Below are positions 9,660-19,156 of a stretch of 64,000 nt of DNA, in pieces. Each line of letters begins with the position of its first letter. The first letter of the stretch is position 1. The notes under the pieces were generated by a model, which saw only the letters and a list, made by a program, of their open reading frames with translations, was not told the origin of the DNA and did not search any database. The stretch is from an uncultured Alphaproteobacteria bacterium (lineage in GTDB: Bacteria > Pseudomonadota > Alphaproteobacteria > Rs-D84), in NCBI GenBank assembly GCA_947053455.1, contig CAMRSV010000004.1, positions 15,500 through 79,499 of the forward strand. The letters run 5' to 3'. A program made the translations under genes and the position numbers.

Positions 9660-11024
9660 TTACAGGCCGTTCACAATTTCCAAAACACGCCGTGGCACGT
9701 CCGCGATTTTTATGCGTTCCTGCGCCATTGTGTCGCGGTGTCTCATGGTGACGGTTCCGTCCTCTATCGTCTGATGGTCGACGGTTATGCATACCGGGGT
9801 TCCAATTTCATCGTGCCGACGATAGTTTTTCCCAATGTTGCCAGAATTTTCCAATTCAATGCGGCCAATTTGTAATTTACGCAATGCGTTTTCAATGTCG
9901 GTTGCCGTTGTCAGCAATTCCGGAACATTACGCGCCAGCGGAATTACCGCCGCCTTGACCGGGGATAACCATGGTTTTAGTTTCAGAACCAACCGTGATT
10001 TGCCGTCGGGCAGTTCTTCTTCGGTATACGCGTTATGCATCACGGCCAGCATTGCGCGGTTAACCCCCATTGCCGTTTCAATGACATACGGGATAAAGTT
10101 TTCACCGGTCTGTGGGTCGGAATACGATAATTTGACTGTGCTGTCTTTGTTCTCCATAACGTTTGCGTTTATTTTGAATTCCGATTGTGATTTTGTATGT
10201 GACCCCAGGTCAAAATCCTGGCGGTTGTGAATACCTTCAACCTCATCAAAGCCGTCGGGAAACGCATACTCAATATCAACCGCAGCCTTCGCATAGTGAG
10301 CCAGTTTTTCGTGCGGCAAAAAGCGCAGTGATGTTGACGGAATGCCCAAGACATCCACCCACCATTTCATGCGTGTTTCCTTCCAGTGCTCAAATTGCTT
10401 TTCATCGTCCGCTGGGTTTACAAAGTACTGCATTTCAGCCTGTTCAAATTCACGCATGCGGAAAACAAATCCGCGTGGGGAAATTTCATTACGAAACGCC
10501 TTGCCAATCTGGGCAATACCGAACGGCAATTTATGGGGCTTGGCATCCAGAACGTTTTTAAAATTCGTATATGTTGTTGTCGCCGTTTCAGGACGCAGGT
10601 ATGCATTGATTGCGCCATCAGCCATTGCCCCGATGGACAGTCCCATCATCAATTGATATGCGCGCGGCTCTGTAATGTCCGTTGAACCGCAATTGTCGCA
10701 TTTAGTTTGGTCTTTCATCTTGTCTTGACGCATACGGGTGCCACATTTTTTGCATTCTACCAATGGGTCTGAAAAGCTGCCTTCGTGTCCGGAATATTTC
10801 CACAGCAGTCTGTTGGAAATCAGGGCAGCGTCCAATCCCTCGATATCATTACGGGAATAAACCATTGCATTCCACCACGCATTACGTATGTTTTTCATCA
10901 ATTCCACGCCATACGGGCCGTAATCATACGCCCCACCAAGTCCCCCGTAAATTTCCGAGCCTGTGAATATAAAACCGCGCCGCTTGCATAATGCGACAAT
11001 ATCATTGATTGTTTTTGCTGGCAT
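9660..11024 (-). CDS. glyQS: Glycine--tRNA ligase, homodimeric alpha2 type
   Basis: KRRGF..GSEIYGG, LRPETA, FRNEISPR, REFEQAE, anticodon-binding domain YRRHDEIGTP. Confidence 0.95.
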   Translation of the reverse strand: MPAKTINDIVALCKRRGFIFTGSEIYGGLGGAYDYGPYGVELMKNIRNAWWNAMVYSRNDIEGLDAALISNRLLWKYSGHEGSFSDPLVECKKCGTRMRQDKMKDQTKCDNCGSTDITEPRAYQLMMGLSIGAMADGAINAYLRPETATTTYTNFKNVLDAKPHKLPFGIAQIGKAFRNEISPRGFVFRMREFEQAEMQYFVNPADDEKQFEHWKETRMKWWVDVLGIPSTSLRFLPHEKLAHYAKAAVDIEYAFPDGFDEVEGIHNRQDFDLGSHTKSQSEFKINANVMENKDSTVKLSYSDPQTGENFIPYVIETAMGVNRAMLAVMHNAYTEEELPDGKSRLVLKLKPWLSPVKAAVIPLARNVPELLTTATDIENALRKLQIGRIELENSGNIGKNYRRHDEIGTPVCITVDHQTIEDGTVTMRHRDTMAQERIKIADVPRRVLEIVNGL

Positions 11025-11132
11025 TTTATTTTTACCCCTAAATATTAACAGTGCATATATTATAACGAATTCGTTTTTTTGCAATTAAAAAAACGGAGCA
11101 TATACCCCGTTTTTTTGTGTATCACGTATTAT

Positions 11133-11318
11133 TTATGCGCCTGTGTCGGGTGCAATTGCCGCAACCGGGCAAACCGCGGCGCATGTGCCGCATGAAATGC
11201 ACTTGGCCGGGTCAATTACGCATTTACCGTCTGCACCAACAGATATTGCGCATACCGGGCATGCACCCATGCATGTGTGACATGCAATACATTTTTGTGG
11301 ATCTATTTTATATACCAT
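11133..11318 (-). CDS. 2[4Fe-4S] ferredoxin
   Basis: Two CxxCxxCxxxCP motifs in 61 aa. Confidence 0.92.
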   Translation of the reverse strand: MVYKIDPQKCIACHTCMGACPVCAISVGADGKCVIDPAKCISCGTCAAVCPVAAIAPDTGA

Positions 11319-11335
11319 TTTTTCGCCTTTTGTGT

Positions 11336-12091
11336 TTAGTTTCTGTTTAACAAGCTTAACAAATACTCGAACATTGCAATGAATGATATGTACAGATGCA
11401 ATGCCCCCAATACTGCCAGTTGATTTTTTACCGTTTCATCGCCGCCCGCTGCGTATACACGCTTTAATGTCTGCATGTCATATGCCGTGAACAATGCGAA
11501 TACCAATACGCCGATAAAGCAAACAATCGTTCCAAACGTCCCACCAAGTAATGCCGGCCATATAAACGATGCCAAACCTACCAGAACCAGGCCAATCATT
11601 CCCATCTGCAGGAATATTCCCATGAAAGACAGATCTTTTACCGTTTTGTAACCAAACATCGCCATGCATGCAAACATTATCGCAGCAATACCAAATGCGA
11701 ATAAGATTGTAAACGGATTATTTGTCACCGCAACCAGCAGCAATGGCGTCATCACAATGCCGACCAGTATCGCATAGATGAACAGCATCAGTGCGCCCGT
11801 CGCCGGTTTCATCGAAAATGCACGAACCTGTGCCCACAGGGACAGCCCCAGTCCACCGAACATTAAAATATAGAACAAGCCGGACATTCCTGTTTCAGTG
11901 AACAGCATTCCCAACAACGGGGTTATCATTGTAAGTAATGAGGCAACCGCCGTTACTGCGACAGCGCCGAACATTAATGCGAAAATTCGTCTTAAATATG
12001 AGTTCAACCCACCCTCACGTGCAGGTGTGGCGACCGATTTTGATGTACGGCCAATTGTGCGTGTCGTCTTTTTTGTTGACATAGTTGCCAT
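11336..12091 (-). CDS. Bax inhibitor-1/YccA family membrane protein
   Basis: 7 TM; TAYDMQ and GALHLY motifs. Confidence 0.88.
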   Translation of the reverse strand: MATMSTKKTTRTIGRTSKSVATPAREGGLNSYLRRIFALMFGAVAVTAVASLLTMITPLLGMLFTETGMSGLFYILMFGGLGLSLWAQVRAFSMKPATGALMLFIYAILVGIVMTPLLLVAVTNNPFTILFAFGIAAIMFACMAMFGYKTVKDLSFMGIFLQMGMIGLVLVGLASFIWPALLGGTFGTIVCFIGVLVFALFTAYDMQTLKRVYAAGGDETVKNQLAVLGALHLYISFIAMFEYLLSLLNRN

Positions 12092-12170
12092 AATTTTCTC
12101 CTTGTTATTTATGAAATATATAATACAATGCCGATATAAATTCAAGGGATTATTAGAAAAGGTATATAAC

Positions 12171-12449
12171 ATGGGAAAAAGACAAAATTTACATAGAATA
12201 TATAGACCAGCAATACAAATGCATATAAAAGAAGTGAATGAAGTGTTGGTGGGGCGTTCTGCTGTTCGTGCAGGTGTTGCAGGCTTGGGTGACAAATTGA
12301 AATCAGTTCAGGAAAAGCTGAATGCAGAACGCGCAAAGCAGGAACCAAATCCGGTGGTGATTGCGCGTTGCGAAACTGTAATCGCTCGTTTAAAAGAAAT
12401 TATAGGTAATGCGGTAAAAACGCATGTAATTCCCCAGAATGTACGATAA
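12171..12449 (+). CDS. Small hypothetical protein
   Basis: 92-aa ORF with AAGG RBS filling the gap before lgt. Confidence 0.5.
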   Translation: MGKRQNLHRIYRPAIQMHIKEVNEVLVGRSAVRAGVAGLGDKLKSVQEKLNAERAKQEPNPVVIARCETVIARLKEIIGNAVKTHVIPQNVR

Positions 12450-12463
12450 AGCGTCGGCTATAG

Positions 12464-13285
12464 ATGGCTATTGCAATTAACCCGATTTCGCCGGTTGCAT
12501 TTTCGTTTTTTGGGCTTGATGTGCGCTGGTATGCGTTGGCGTACATTGCCGGATTTATCATAGGATACTATTTATTTCGTCATTTTATGCGTTGTGATGG
12601 TAAGGTGGCGCTTTCAAAAAAGCAACTTGATGATTTGTTGACGGCGGTTATTCTGGGTGTAATTTTAGGCGGTCGCCTGGGTTATGTTCTGCTGTATAAT
12701 TTGCAGTTTTTTATTGCGCATCCTTTGGAAATTTTTGCTGTTTGGCATGGCGGAATGAGTTTTCATGGTGGCCTTTTGGGGGTAATTGTTGCGGCGTTTT
12801 TGTTCGGGCGAAAAAATAAAATCAATCCATGGCGGATTTTGGATATAATGGCGGTAATTGCGCCGATTGGTCTGTTTTTTGGGCGCATTGCGAATTTTAT
12901 AAACATGGAAGTAATGGGACGCCCCACAGATGTGCCTTGGGCGGTTGAATTCCTGGGCACAGGAACTGGTTCGCGCCACCCCAGTCCCCTGTACGAAGCC
13001 GCAACAGAGGGTGTATTGTTATTTGTTTTGATGTATTGCCTATGGCGGTTTACAAAACTGCGCACACAACCCGGCGCATTATCGGGCGTGTTGGCAATGG
13101 GGTATGCGTTGGCGCGTATTTGTTGCGAGCAGTTTCGTGCCCCGGATATACAGATTGGTTTTATGTTTGGTACAAACTGGTTAACTATGGGTCAATTGTT
13201 GTCGTGTTTTATGTTTATTGCCGGCGGAATAATTTTTACAGTTGCGTTTCGTCAGAAAAAGGATAAAATAGACAAAGTATGTTAG
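12464..13285 (+). CDS. lgt: Prolipoprotein diacylglyceryl transferase
   Basis: RWYA, GGRLGY, GGMSFHGG, GRIANFIN, RHPSxLYE. Confidence 0.96.
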   Translation: MAIAINPISPVAFSFFGLDVRWYALAYIAGFIIGYYLFRHFMRCDGKVALSKKQLDDLLTAVILGVILGGRLGYVLLYNLQFFIAHPLEIFAVWHGGMSFHGGLLGVIVAAFLFGRKNKINPWRILDIMAVIAPIGLFFGRIANFINMEVMGRPTDVPWAVEFLGTGTGSRHPSPLYEAATEGVLLFVLMYCLWRFTKLRTQPGALSGVLAMGYALARICCEQFRAPDIQIGFMFGTNWLTMGQLLSCFMFIAGGIIFTVAFRQKKDKIDKVC

Positions 13286-13289
13286 TTTC

Positions 13290-13325
13290 GGATGGGTGGC
13301 AGAGCGGTCGATTGCGGCGGTCTTG
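13290..13325 (+). pseudogene. Exact 36-nt copy of the tRNA-Ser 5' half, ending inside the anticodon
   Basis: GGATGGGTGGCAGAGCGGTCGATTGCGGCGGTCTTG identical to 13419-13454. Confidence 0.9.
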
Positions 13326-13418
13326 CATACGAGTCCGTAAGAACGAGTGGTGAGCGGCACTGTCAGGTGCCAAAAGTGAACAAAACCGTAGGTTTGAAAG
13401 GCCGCGGGAAACAGTTTT

Positions 13419-13508
13419 GGATGGGTGGCAGAGCGGTCGATTGCGGCGGTCTTGAAAACCGTTGAAGCAGCAATGCTTCCGGGGGTTCGAATCCCTCCCC
13501 ATCCGCCA
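13419..13508 (+). tRNA. tRNA-Ser(UGA); integration target
   Basis: 90 nt; GGATGGG/CCCATCC-GCCA acceptor stem, CT-TGA-AA loop, long variable arm GAAGCA-GCAA-TGCTTC. Confidence 0.96.
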
Positions 13509-13510
13509 GT

Positions 13511-13870
13511 AATATCTTATTGAAATTACTTAATTTTTTAACAAAAACATCCGGTGTCTATCGGATTTTTTTTATCGGTTTTAAGGGGGCAAATTCGGCT
13601 TTTGTGGGGTTAAAAATAAAATGGCGAAGGAATGAGTAAAAAGTCAGAAAAAAGCCCTCCTTGGGTTCGAATCCCCCGCGTTCCGCCAGGAATATCTTAT
13701 TGAAATTACTTAATTTTTTAACAAAAACATCCGGTGTCTATCGGATTTTTTTTATCGGTTTTAAGGGGGCAAATTCGGCTTTTGTGGGGTTAAAAATAAA
13801 ATGGCGAAGGAATGAGTAAAAAGTCAGAAAAAAGCCCTCCTTGGGTTCGAATCCCCCGCGTTCCGCCAGG
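13511..13870 (+). repeat. Perfect 2 x 180-bp tandem repeat, each unit ending in a tRNA 3'-end mimic
   Basis: 13511-13690 equals 13691-13870; each unit ends GGGTTCGAATCCCCCGCGTTCCGCCAGG. Confidence 0.95.
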
Positions 13871-14023
13871 AATCAGTTATATTTTTAATATACAAACATA
13901 TCGCGTGCAAAGCCCCGGGAAATCGGGGCTTTTTTCATATAACTCATCCGGGGTATGGCGCGCATTTCTAAAAATCGGCAAATAAAAACGACTTTCTATA
14001 CAATGGCTATTTTCGGCCTGGCA
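13863..14023 (+). repeat. Element left-end sequence, copy 1 (161 bp)
   Basis: Ungapped match to 35939-36099 with 23 mismatches by manual count (~86%); includes hairpin CCCCG-GGAAAT-CGGGG plus T-run. Confidence 0.9.
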
Positions 14024-14035
14024 GTGGCTTTGGGA

Positions 14036-15634
14036 TTATATTTGATGCTGTGGCGCGATGGCAAAGATTTCTTCCATATTGTGCACCTCTTTGCCGGATA
14101 AAATATTGTTCACTTTTTCGGGATGCATATATGCCAGATTCAGATAGCGATACAAACTGCGCCATGATGTCTGTTCGGATTTTACAACGTACTCCAAATC
14201 GCCTTGCTTTTCATACGCCATTCGATAACGCCAGGCAGTCGCGAACGCCCGCACAATCATATTGTGATTATCGGTCCGCGTCATCAGGCCCGCGCGTCCC
14301 GCGCTGTACTTATTGCTGCCCGTCCATTTATTCAGCACCACCGGCCGCACTAAAATCAACTCATCGTCATTACGCATAAAATCGATTTTATTGTTTTGGG
14401 TGTTGATAAAATCGGGCCGCATAAATGCCCGCAGGCTATCCGCATCTGTATTGATGAAAAATGTTATTCGCCCCGGTGCATAAATTGCCCGCCGGATTAG
14501 TGTTTGAACCAGGCACCGCCGCGCCATGTAATCCAGGCCACCATAATCAATTTGTTTTAATGTATGTGCCAAAGCGTCGGGCAGGGCACTTAAATCAGAA
14601 TTCAGAAATTCAACAATCGTATCGGTGGCCAATTTATCAACATCCCGCGCGGGTAAATATTCGCCCGCCCCGGCATAGTAATAAAGTGTTGGGCGATGCG
14701 CGCGCACGGTGCTTTGATTGGTAAACCGTGTGCCGTCTGCATTATATAGCCGCCCGGATAATAAATTGGGCGACCCATTTGTTCGCCCCGATTTATGATT
14801 TGCATTGTTCTCTAATTCCGCCTGCACGGCATCAAATAATTCCTGGGTTATGATTGGGGCATGTTCGCCGCGGGCAATTGTTCCGGTAACCTTACATTCA
14901 ACATAGCCCAGATATATTTTACTGCGCAGCATTCTGTGTAGCGCCATTTTCTTGATTGGATTCCCGCCGATAACGCGCCCACCATGGGTGGTCCATTTCT
15001 TGGCATAGATTCCAATGGTCGGTAAATGCCGGGTCAAATCCTGAACTGATTTCATTTGCAGGTATAATTCAAATATATTCTGAATTTGCGCGGCCTCGGT
15101 CGGGTTGATAACCAACTTTTTATCAATAATGTCGTATCCCAACGGCGGACAACCGCCAATCCACATTCCTTTGGCTTTACTGGCACGCAGTTTGTCGCGC
15201 ACGCGTTCACTTGATACTTCACGTTCAAACTGGGCAAAGGATAGCAGCATATTCAGCGTTAATTTGCCCATTGATGTTGACGTGTCAAACGATTGGGTAA
15301 TGGACACAAAGTTCGCATTATGCTTATCAAAATATCGCATCATATTGTGGAAATCCAAAATGGAACGCGATAGTCTATCAACCTTGTACACCACGACGGT
15401 ATTGACCAATCCATGCGCCATATCGTCCAGCATTTGTTTCAGCGCCGGTCGTTCCATCGTGCCACCCGATATACCACCATCGGCATAAGTCTTATAATAT
15501 TCCCAATCGTTAAAGGCTTGTGATGCGATGTATGCCCGACACGCCTGTTCTTGATTGTCCAGGCTGTTAAACTCTTGTTCCAACCCATGCTCGGTGGATT
15601 TGCGGACATATACGGCACATTTAATCTTTGGCAT
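14036..15634 (-). CDS. Large serine recombinase (resolvase + recombinase domains)
   Basis: YVRKST catalytic Ser, SLDNQ, DGGISG, RPAL, DRLSRS, FAQFERE, GxWxGGxPPLGY. Confidence 0.95.
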   Translation of the reverse strand: MPKIKCAVYVRKSTEHGLEQEFNSLDNQEQACRAYIASQAFNDWEYYKTYADGGISGGTMERPALKQMLDDMAHGLVNTVVVYKVDRLSRSILDFHNMMRYFDKHNANFVSITQSFDTSTSMGKLTLNMLLSFAQFEREVSSERVRDKLRASKAKGMWIGGCPPLGYDIIDKKLVINPTEAAQIQNIFELYLQMKSVQDLTRHLPTIGIYAKKWTTHGGRVIGGNPIKKMALHRMLRSKIYLGYVECKVTGTIARGEHAPIITQELFDAVQAELENNANHKSGRTNGSPNLLSGRLYNADGTRFTNQSTVRAHRPTLYYYAGAGEYLPARDVDKLATDTIVEFLNSDLSALPDALAHTLKQIDYGGLDYMARRCLVQTLIRRAIYAPGRITFFINTDADSLRAFMRPDFINTQNNKIDFMRNDDELILVRPVVLNKWTGSNKYSAGRAGLMTRTDNHNMIVRAFATAWRYRMAYEKQGDLEYVVKSEQTSWRSLYRYLNLAYMHPEKVNNILSGKEVHNMEEIFAIAPQHQI

Positions 15635-16067
15635 GATTCAGCCTTTTATTAGTTAGTCCAAAGAAGTCATTCCCAGACACTTTGTGCCCGCATATTTCTT
15701 TGGCGATGGCGGACAGGGTGCGGTACGTTTTGTTGTTGTATATGAATTCGCCCCGGTTGCCAACGGTCACTTTGAATTCCAGCCCGCGGAATGTTTTGGT
15801 AATGGTGGTGCCCGGGTTCAGATGGTATTTGTTTTTATGCACACGGTTCAGGCATTCATCCGGATTGTTCATGTATTTGCGTAGCATTGTGACATGCTTT
15901 GCGGCGATGGTGGCGTGCGCGCGTTCGCATTGGATATAGTACCATAATGCCCGCGCTTGGCGCCGATATGGATACGGGCTATACCGCGCCCACAACAGGG
16001 ATTTTTGTTCAAAATCCATCTTTTCCAGTTCTGTTTTGCTTTCGGGCAACATAAAGAACGCTTTCAT
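15621..16067 (-). CDS. DUF2924 domain protein
   Basis: PGTTITKTFRG...F.Y....Y.TLSAIAKEICG...SG..FFGL; usual neighbour of this recombinase type. Confidence 0.8.
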   Translation of the reverse strand: MKAFFMLPESKTELEKMDFEQKSLLWARYSPYPYRRQARALWYYIQCERAHATIAAKHVTMLRKYMNNPDECLNRVHKNKYHLNPGTTITKTFRGLEFKVTVGNRGEFIYNNKTYRTLSAIAKEICGHKVSGNDFFGLTNKRLNHAKD

Positions 16068-16246
16068 TTATTATCCCTTGATTTCACGTCATTTCGCAGT
16101 TGCGCGGTGGCCTTGGCCAGAATAATCTGCAACGCCCGCACCAGGTACAAAACATCAGAATCCGGAATATTCGCCGGTCGTCCCAGCGGATTGCCCGACA
16201 CCCCGGGCCGAAACCGCATTTTCTTTGGTGGATTTTTATAAGGCAT
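16064..16246 (-). CDS. Small DUF5681-motif protein
   Basis: YKNPPKKMRFRPGVSGNPLGRP, paralogous to the N-terminus of 29600-29980; AGGAG RBS. Confidence 0.65.
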   Translation of the reverse strand: MPYKNPPKKMRFRPGVSGNPLGRPANIPDSDVLYLVRALQIILAKATAQLRNDVKSRDNK

Positions 16247-16264
16247 AACTTCACTCCTATGGTC

Positions 16265-16300
16265 GTGCAATGAATGCTTACAAGAGGACAGAAGTCAAGT
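16265..16300 (-). promoter_or_regulatory. Element-specific promoter motif, copy 1
   Basis: ACTTGACTT-N8-TTGTAAGCA-N3-ATTGCAC, also at 25034-25069. Confidence 0.65.
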
Positions 16301-16397
16301 CTTATAGTGTGCTTTTGCGTATAAGGGTAAAATCCCATATTTATAGACATTTTTATTGGTTTTTGTTATAATAACCAAGAAAAACAAAGGATATATT

Positions 16398-17948
16398 ATG
16401 GCACGTGAACAAGAACGGGCAGAATTGCATAAAACAATATGGCGAATTGCCAACGAACTGCGCGGCAGTGTTGATGGTTGGGATTTTAAGCAATATGTGC
16501 TGGGGTTATTGTTTTACCGGTTTATAAGTCAAAATTTGACTCAGTTTATCAATAATCAGGAACGTAAAGTTGATCCTGGCTTTGATTATGCGAATATCTC
16601 GGATGAAATGGCGGAACGTGCGCGAGTTTTTGCTATTAAGAGCAAAGGCTTCTTTATCAAACCGTCTGAATTGTTTCAAAATGTATGCAAGCGTGCCAAG
16701 AATGATGCGTATTTGAATGAAACATTGGCGTCAATTTTTAGAAATATCGAAGGCTCGGCAATCGGTGCCGACAGTGAATCCGACTTAAAGGGATTGTTTC
16801 AAGATTTAGATGTAAATAGTAATAAATTGGGTGCGACGGTTATCGAACGCAATAAAAAGCTGGTTAATTTGTTGGAGGCGATTGCTGATCTGCAAATGGG
16901 CGAGGTTTCGGATAATAACATAGATGCGTTTGGGGATGCGTACGAATATTTGATGAATATGTACGCCTCTAATGCGGGCAAATCTGGTGGTGAATTCTTT
17001 ACACCCCAAGAGGTTTCAGAACTGTTGGCGAAAATCGTAACCGTTGGCAAAACGGAAGTGAACAAGGTTTATGACCCGGCGTGTGGTTCAGGCTCGCTGT
17101 TGCTGAAATTTGCAAAAATTTTGGGTAAAGATAATGTCAGAATTGGATTCTTTGGTCAGGAAATAAATATCACAACATATAACCTGTGCCGTATCAATAT
17201 GTTTTTGCATGACATTAATTATAATAAATTTGATATCGCGTTGGGTGATACGCTATTAAGTCCACAGCATGGTAATGAGGAACCTTTTGATGCGATTGTG
17301 TCAAATCCGCCATATTCTGTTCGGTGGACAGGGGATGATGATGCGACATTGATAAACGATCCCAGATTTTCACCGGCGGGCGTTCTGGCGCCAAAGTCCA
17401 AGGCGGATTTAGCATTTACAATGCATATATTGTCGTGGTTGTCGACGTCTGGTACGGCTGCAATTGTTGAATTCCCGGGCGTTTTATATCGTGGTGGCGC
17501 GGAACAAAAAATACGTAAATACTTGATTGATAATAACTATGTTGATTGTGTTATTCAGCTGCCCCAGAATCTGTTCTTTGGTGTATCTATCGCCACATGT
17601 ATTATTGTATTAAAAAAGAGTAAAACAGAAAACAAGACATTGTTTATAGATGCATCTGAACAGTTTGTTCATTCTGGTAATAAAAATAAATTGGATGATA
17701 GCAATATTGCAAAAATATTGACTGCATACAAAGACCGTGCAGATTTGCAGCATTTCTGTCGTTTAGTACCGAATTCGGAAATTGCAGAGAACGATTACAA
17801 CCTGTCCGTATCTTCCTATATAGAATCTAAGAATACAGATGAAGTAATTGATATTAAGCAGTTAAATGCCGAAATTGCAGAAATCGTAAAAAAGCAATCA
17901 GAATTGCGTTCACAAATTGATGCGATCGTAAAAGATTTGGAAGGTTAA
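16398..17948 (+). CDS. hsdM: Type I restriction-modification methyltransferase subunit
   Basis: [21 protein letters not shown]. Confidence 0.97.
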   Translation: MAREQERAELHKTIWRIANELRGSVDGWDFKQYVLGLLFYRFISQNLTQFINNQERKVDPGFDYANISDEMAERARVFAIKSKGFFIKPSELFQNVCKRAKNDAYLNETLASIFRNIEGSAIGADSESDLKGLFQDLDVNSNKLGATVIERNKKLVNLLEAIADLQMGEVSDNNIDAFGDAYEYLMNMYASNAGKSGGEFFTPQEVSELLAKIVTVGKTEVNKVYDPACGSGSLLLKFAKILGKDNVRIGFFGQEINITTYNLCRINMFLHDINYNKFDIALGDTLLSPQHGNEEPFDAIVSNPPYSVRWTGDDDATLINDPRFSPAGVLAPKSKADLAFTMHILSWLSTSGTAAIVEFPGVLYRGGAEQKIRKYLIDNNYVDCVIQLPQNLFFGVSIATCIIVLKKSKTENKTLFIDASEQFVHSGNKNKLDDSNIAKILTAYKDRADLQHFCRLVPNSEIAENDYNLSVSSYIESKNTDEVIDIKQLNAEIAEIVKKQSELRSQIDAIVKDLEG

Positions 17949-17952
17949 TGAT

Positions 17953-18549
17953 ATGACATGGGCGGAAGTTTTGGATTTTATTGTAAAAATAGCGACCATT
18001 GTAATGGGTGGGTCTGCGATTTTAGTGCCGATTTTAACATATCGCTGGCAAAAGCGTGATAGTAAGCGCGATGAACGTATTAGAAAGTGGACAGCGGAAT
18101 ATCCACATAAATTGAAATTATTTACTGATTTTTACGATGTATTATTTAGATTTGTAGATTATACGGGTTCTGTTCGTCAAAGAACAATGAGAAATGGTGG
18201 CGATAGAATGGATATGCAAATACATGTAAGTGATTTGTTGGATTTTGAATTACAAATCAATCGGATAGATGAGGGGTGTAAGATTCTGTTTTCAAAAGAT
18301 GTGCAAACACAAGTGCACGAAGTATATGTTAGAATTCATGAATTTATAAATCGGCCAATAAGAAGAAATGGCGAATCTATGAAAGAATTGGCGGAGTTTT
18401 TGGAGAATTCAAGATTGACAGAAGAGTATAACCAAATGAAAACAAATTTATATAGTATTCAAGAAGAAATTAAGAACCAAAAAATTGCGCCGGATCTTAG
18501 AAATTTATTTATACAAGAACTAGAATTGACCGGGGGTGGACATGAGTAA
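17953..18549 (+). CDS. Hypothetical protein with N-terminal TM, inserted between hsdM and hsdS
   Basis: One TM then helical charged domain; overlaps the hsdS start. Confidence 0.65.
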   Translation: MTWAEVLDFIVKIATIVMGGSAILVPILTYRWQKRDSKRDERIRKWTAEYPHKLKLFTDFYDVLFRFVDYTGSVRQRTMRNGGDRMDMQIHVSDLLDFELQINRIDEGCKILFSKDVQTQVHEVYVRIHEFINRPIRRNGESMKELAEFLENSRLTEEYNQMKTNLYSIQEEIKNQKIAPDLRNLFIQELELTGGGHE

Positions 18550-19156
18550 AATTAATGATTTGATTGCAAAATATTGCCCTGGTGGTGTGGAGTATAAGGA
18601 GCTGGGGGGCGTTGCGGAAATATATACTGGTGAGCAATTTAATAAAAGAGATATGGAAGAAGTTGGGCCGTGTCCTGTAATTAATGGGGGAATATTGCCT
18701 TCAGGTTACTCTGACAAATATAATGAAACTGCAAATACTATAACTGTATCGCAAGGCGGAGCGTCTGCCGGGTATGTTAATTTTATAACAGTGAAGTTTT
18801 GGCTGGGTGCACATTGTTATGCAGTTAAATTAAAAAGTGATATATTAAATAACAAGTTTGTGTTTTATTGCATAAAACAACAGGAAAATAAATTAATGCA
18901 ATCACAGGAAGGAGCTGGAATTCCAAGTTTAAATAGAAAGAAATTAAATTCAATTTTAATCCCTGTACCGCCTCTGGAAGTACAGCAAGAAGTAGTGAAT
19001 ATTCTGAACTCTTTCACAGAGCTTGAGGCAGAGCTTGAGGCTAGAAAGAAACAGTACGAACACTATAGGGGGGAGTTATTGTCTTTTGCAAGAAAGTCTG
19101 AAATCCTAGAGAGAGAGAGCAATCTTGGCGAGTTCTTGGAGAAGTTTGCAGAATAA
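18542..19156 (+). CDS. hsdS: Type I RM specificity subunit, N-terminal half (TRD1)
   Basis: CPGGVEYKELG, IPVPPLEVQQEVV, TELEAELEARKKQYEHYR. Confidence 0.92.
   Translation: MSKINDLIAKYCPGGVEYKELGGVAEIYTGEQFNKRDMEEVGPCPVINGGILPSGYSDKYNETANTITVSQGGASAGYVNFITVKFWLGAHCYAVKLKSDILNNKFVFYCIKQQENKLMQSQEGAGIPSLNRKKLNSILIPVPPLEVQQEVVNILNSFTELEAELEARKKQYEHYRGELLSFARKSEILERESNLGEFLEKFAE
19108..19119 (+). repeat. (AG)6 simple sequence repeat at the hsdS frame junction
   Basis: CCT-AGAGAGAGAGAG-CAATCTTGG. Confidence 0.9.

Noticed and set aside
13326-13418. Group I intron or hammerhead ribozyme in tRNA-Ser
   Set aside because: Too short for a group I core and followed by a whole tRNA rather than the 3' exon; GAGTCCGTAAGAACGA resembles hammerhead stem II but the CUGANGA/GAAA core is missing
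13236-13502. 88-aa minus-strand ORF
   Set aside because: Antisense to the tRNA and its duplicated half; spurious
13511-13870. CRISPR array
   Set aside because: Two identical 180-bp units with no variable spacers; no cas genes in the window
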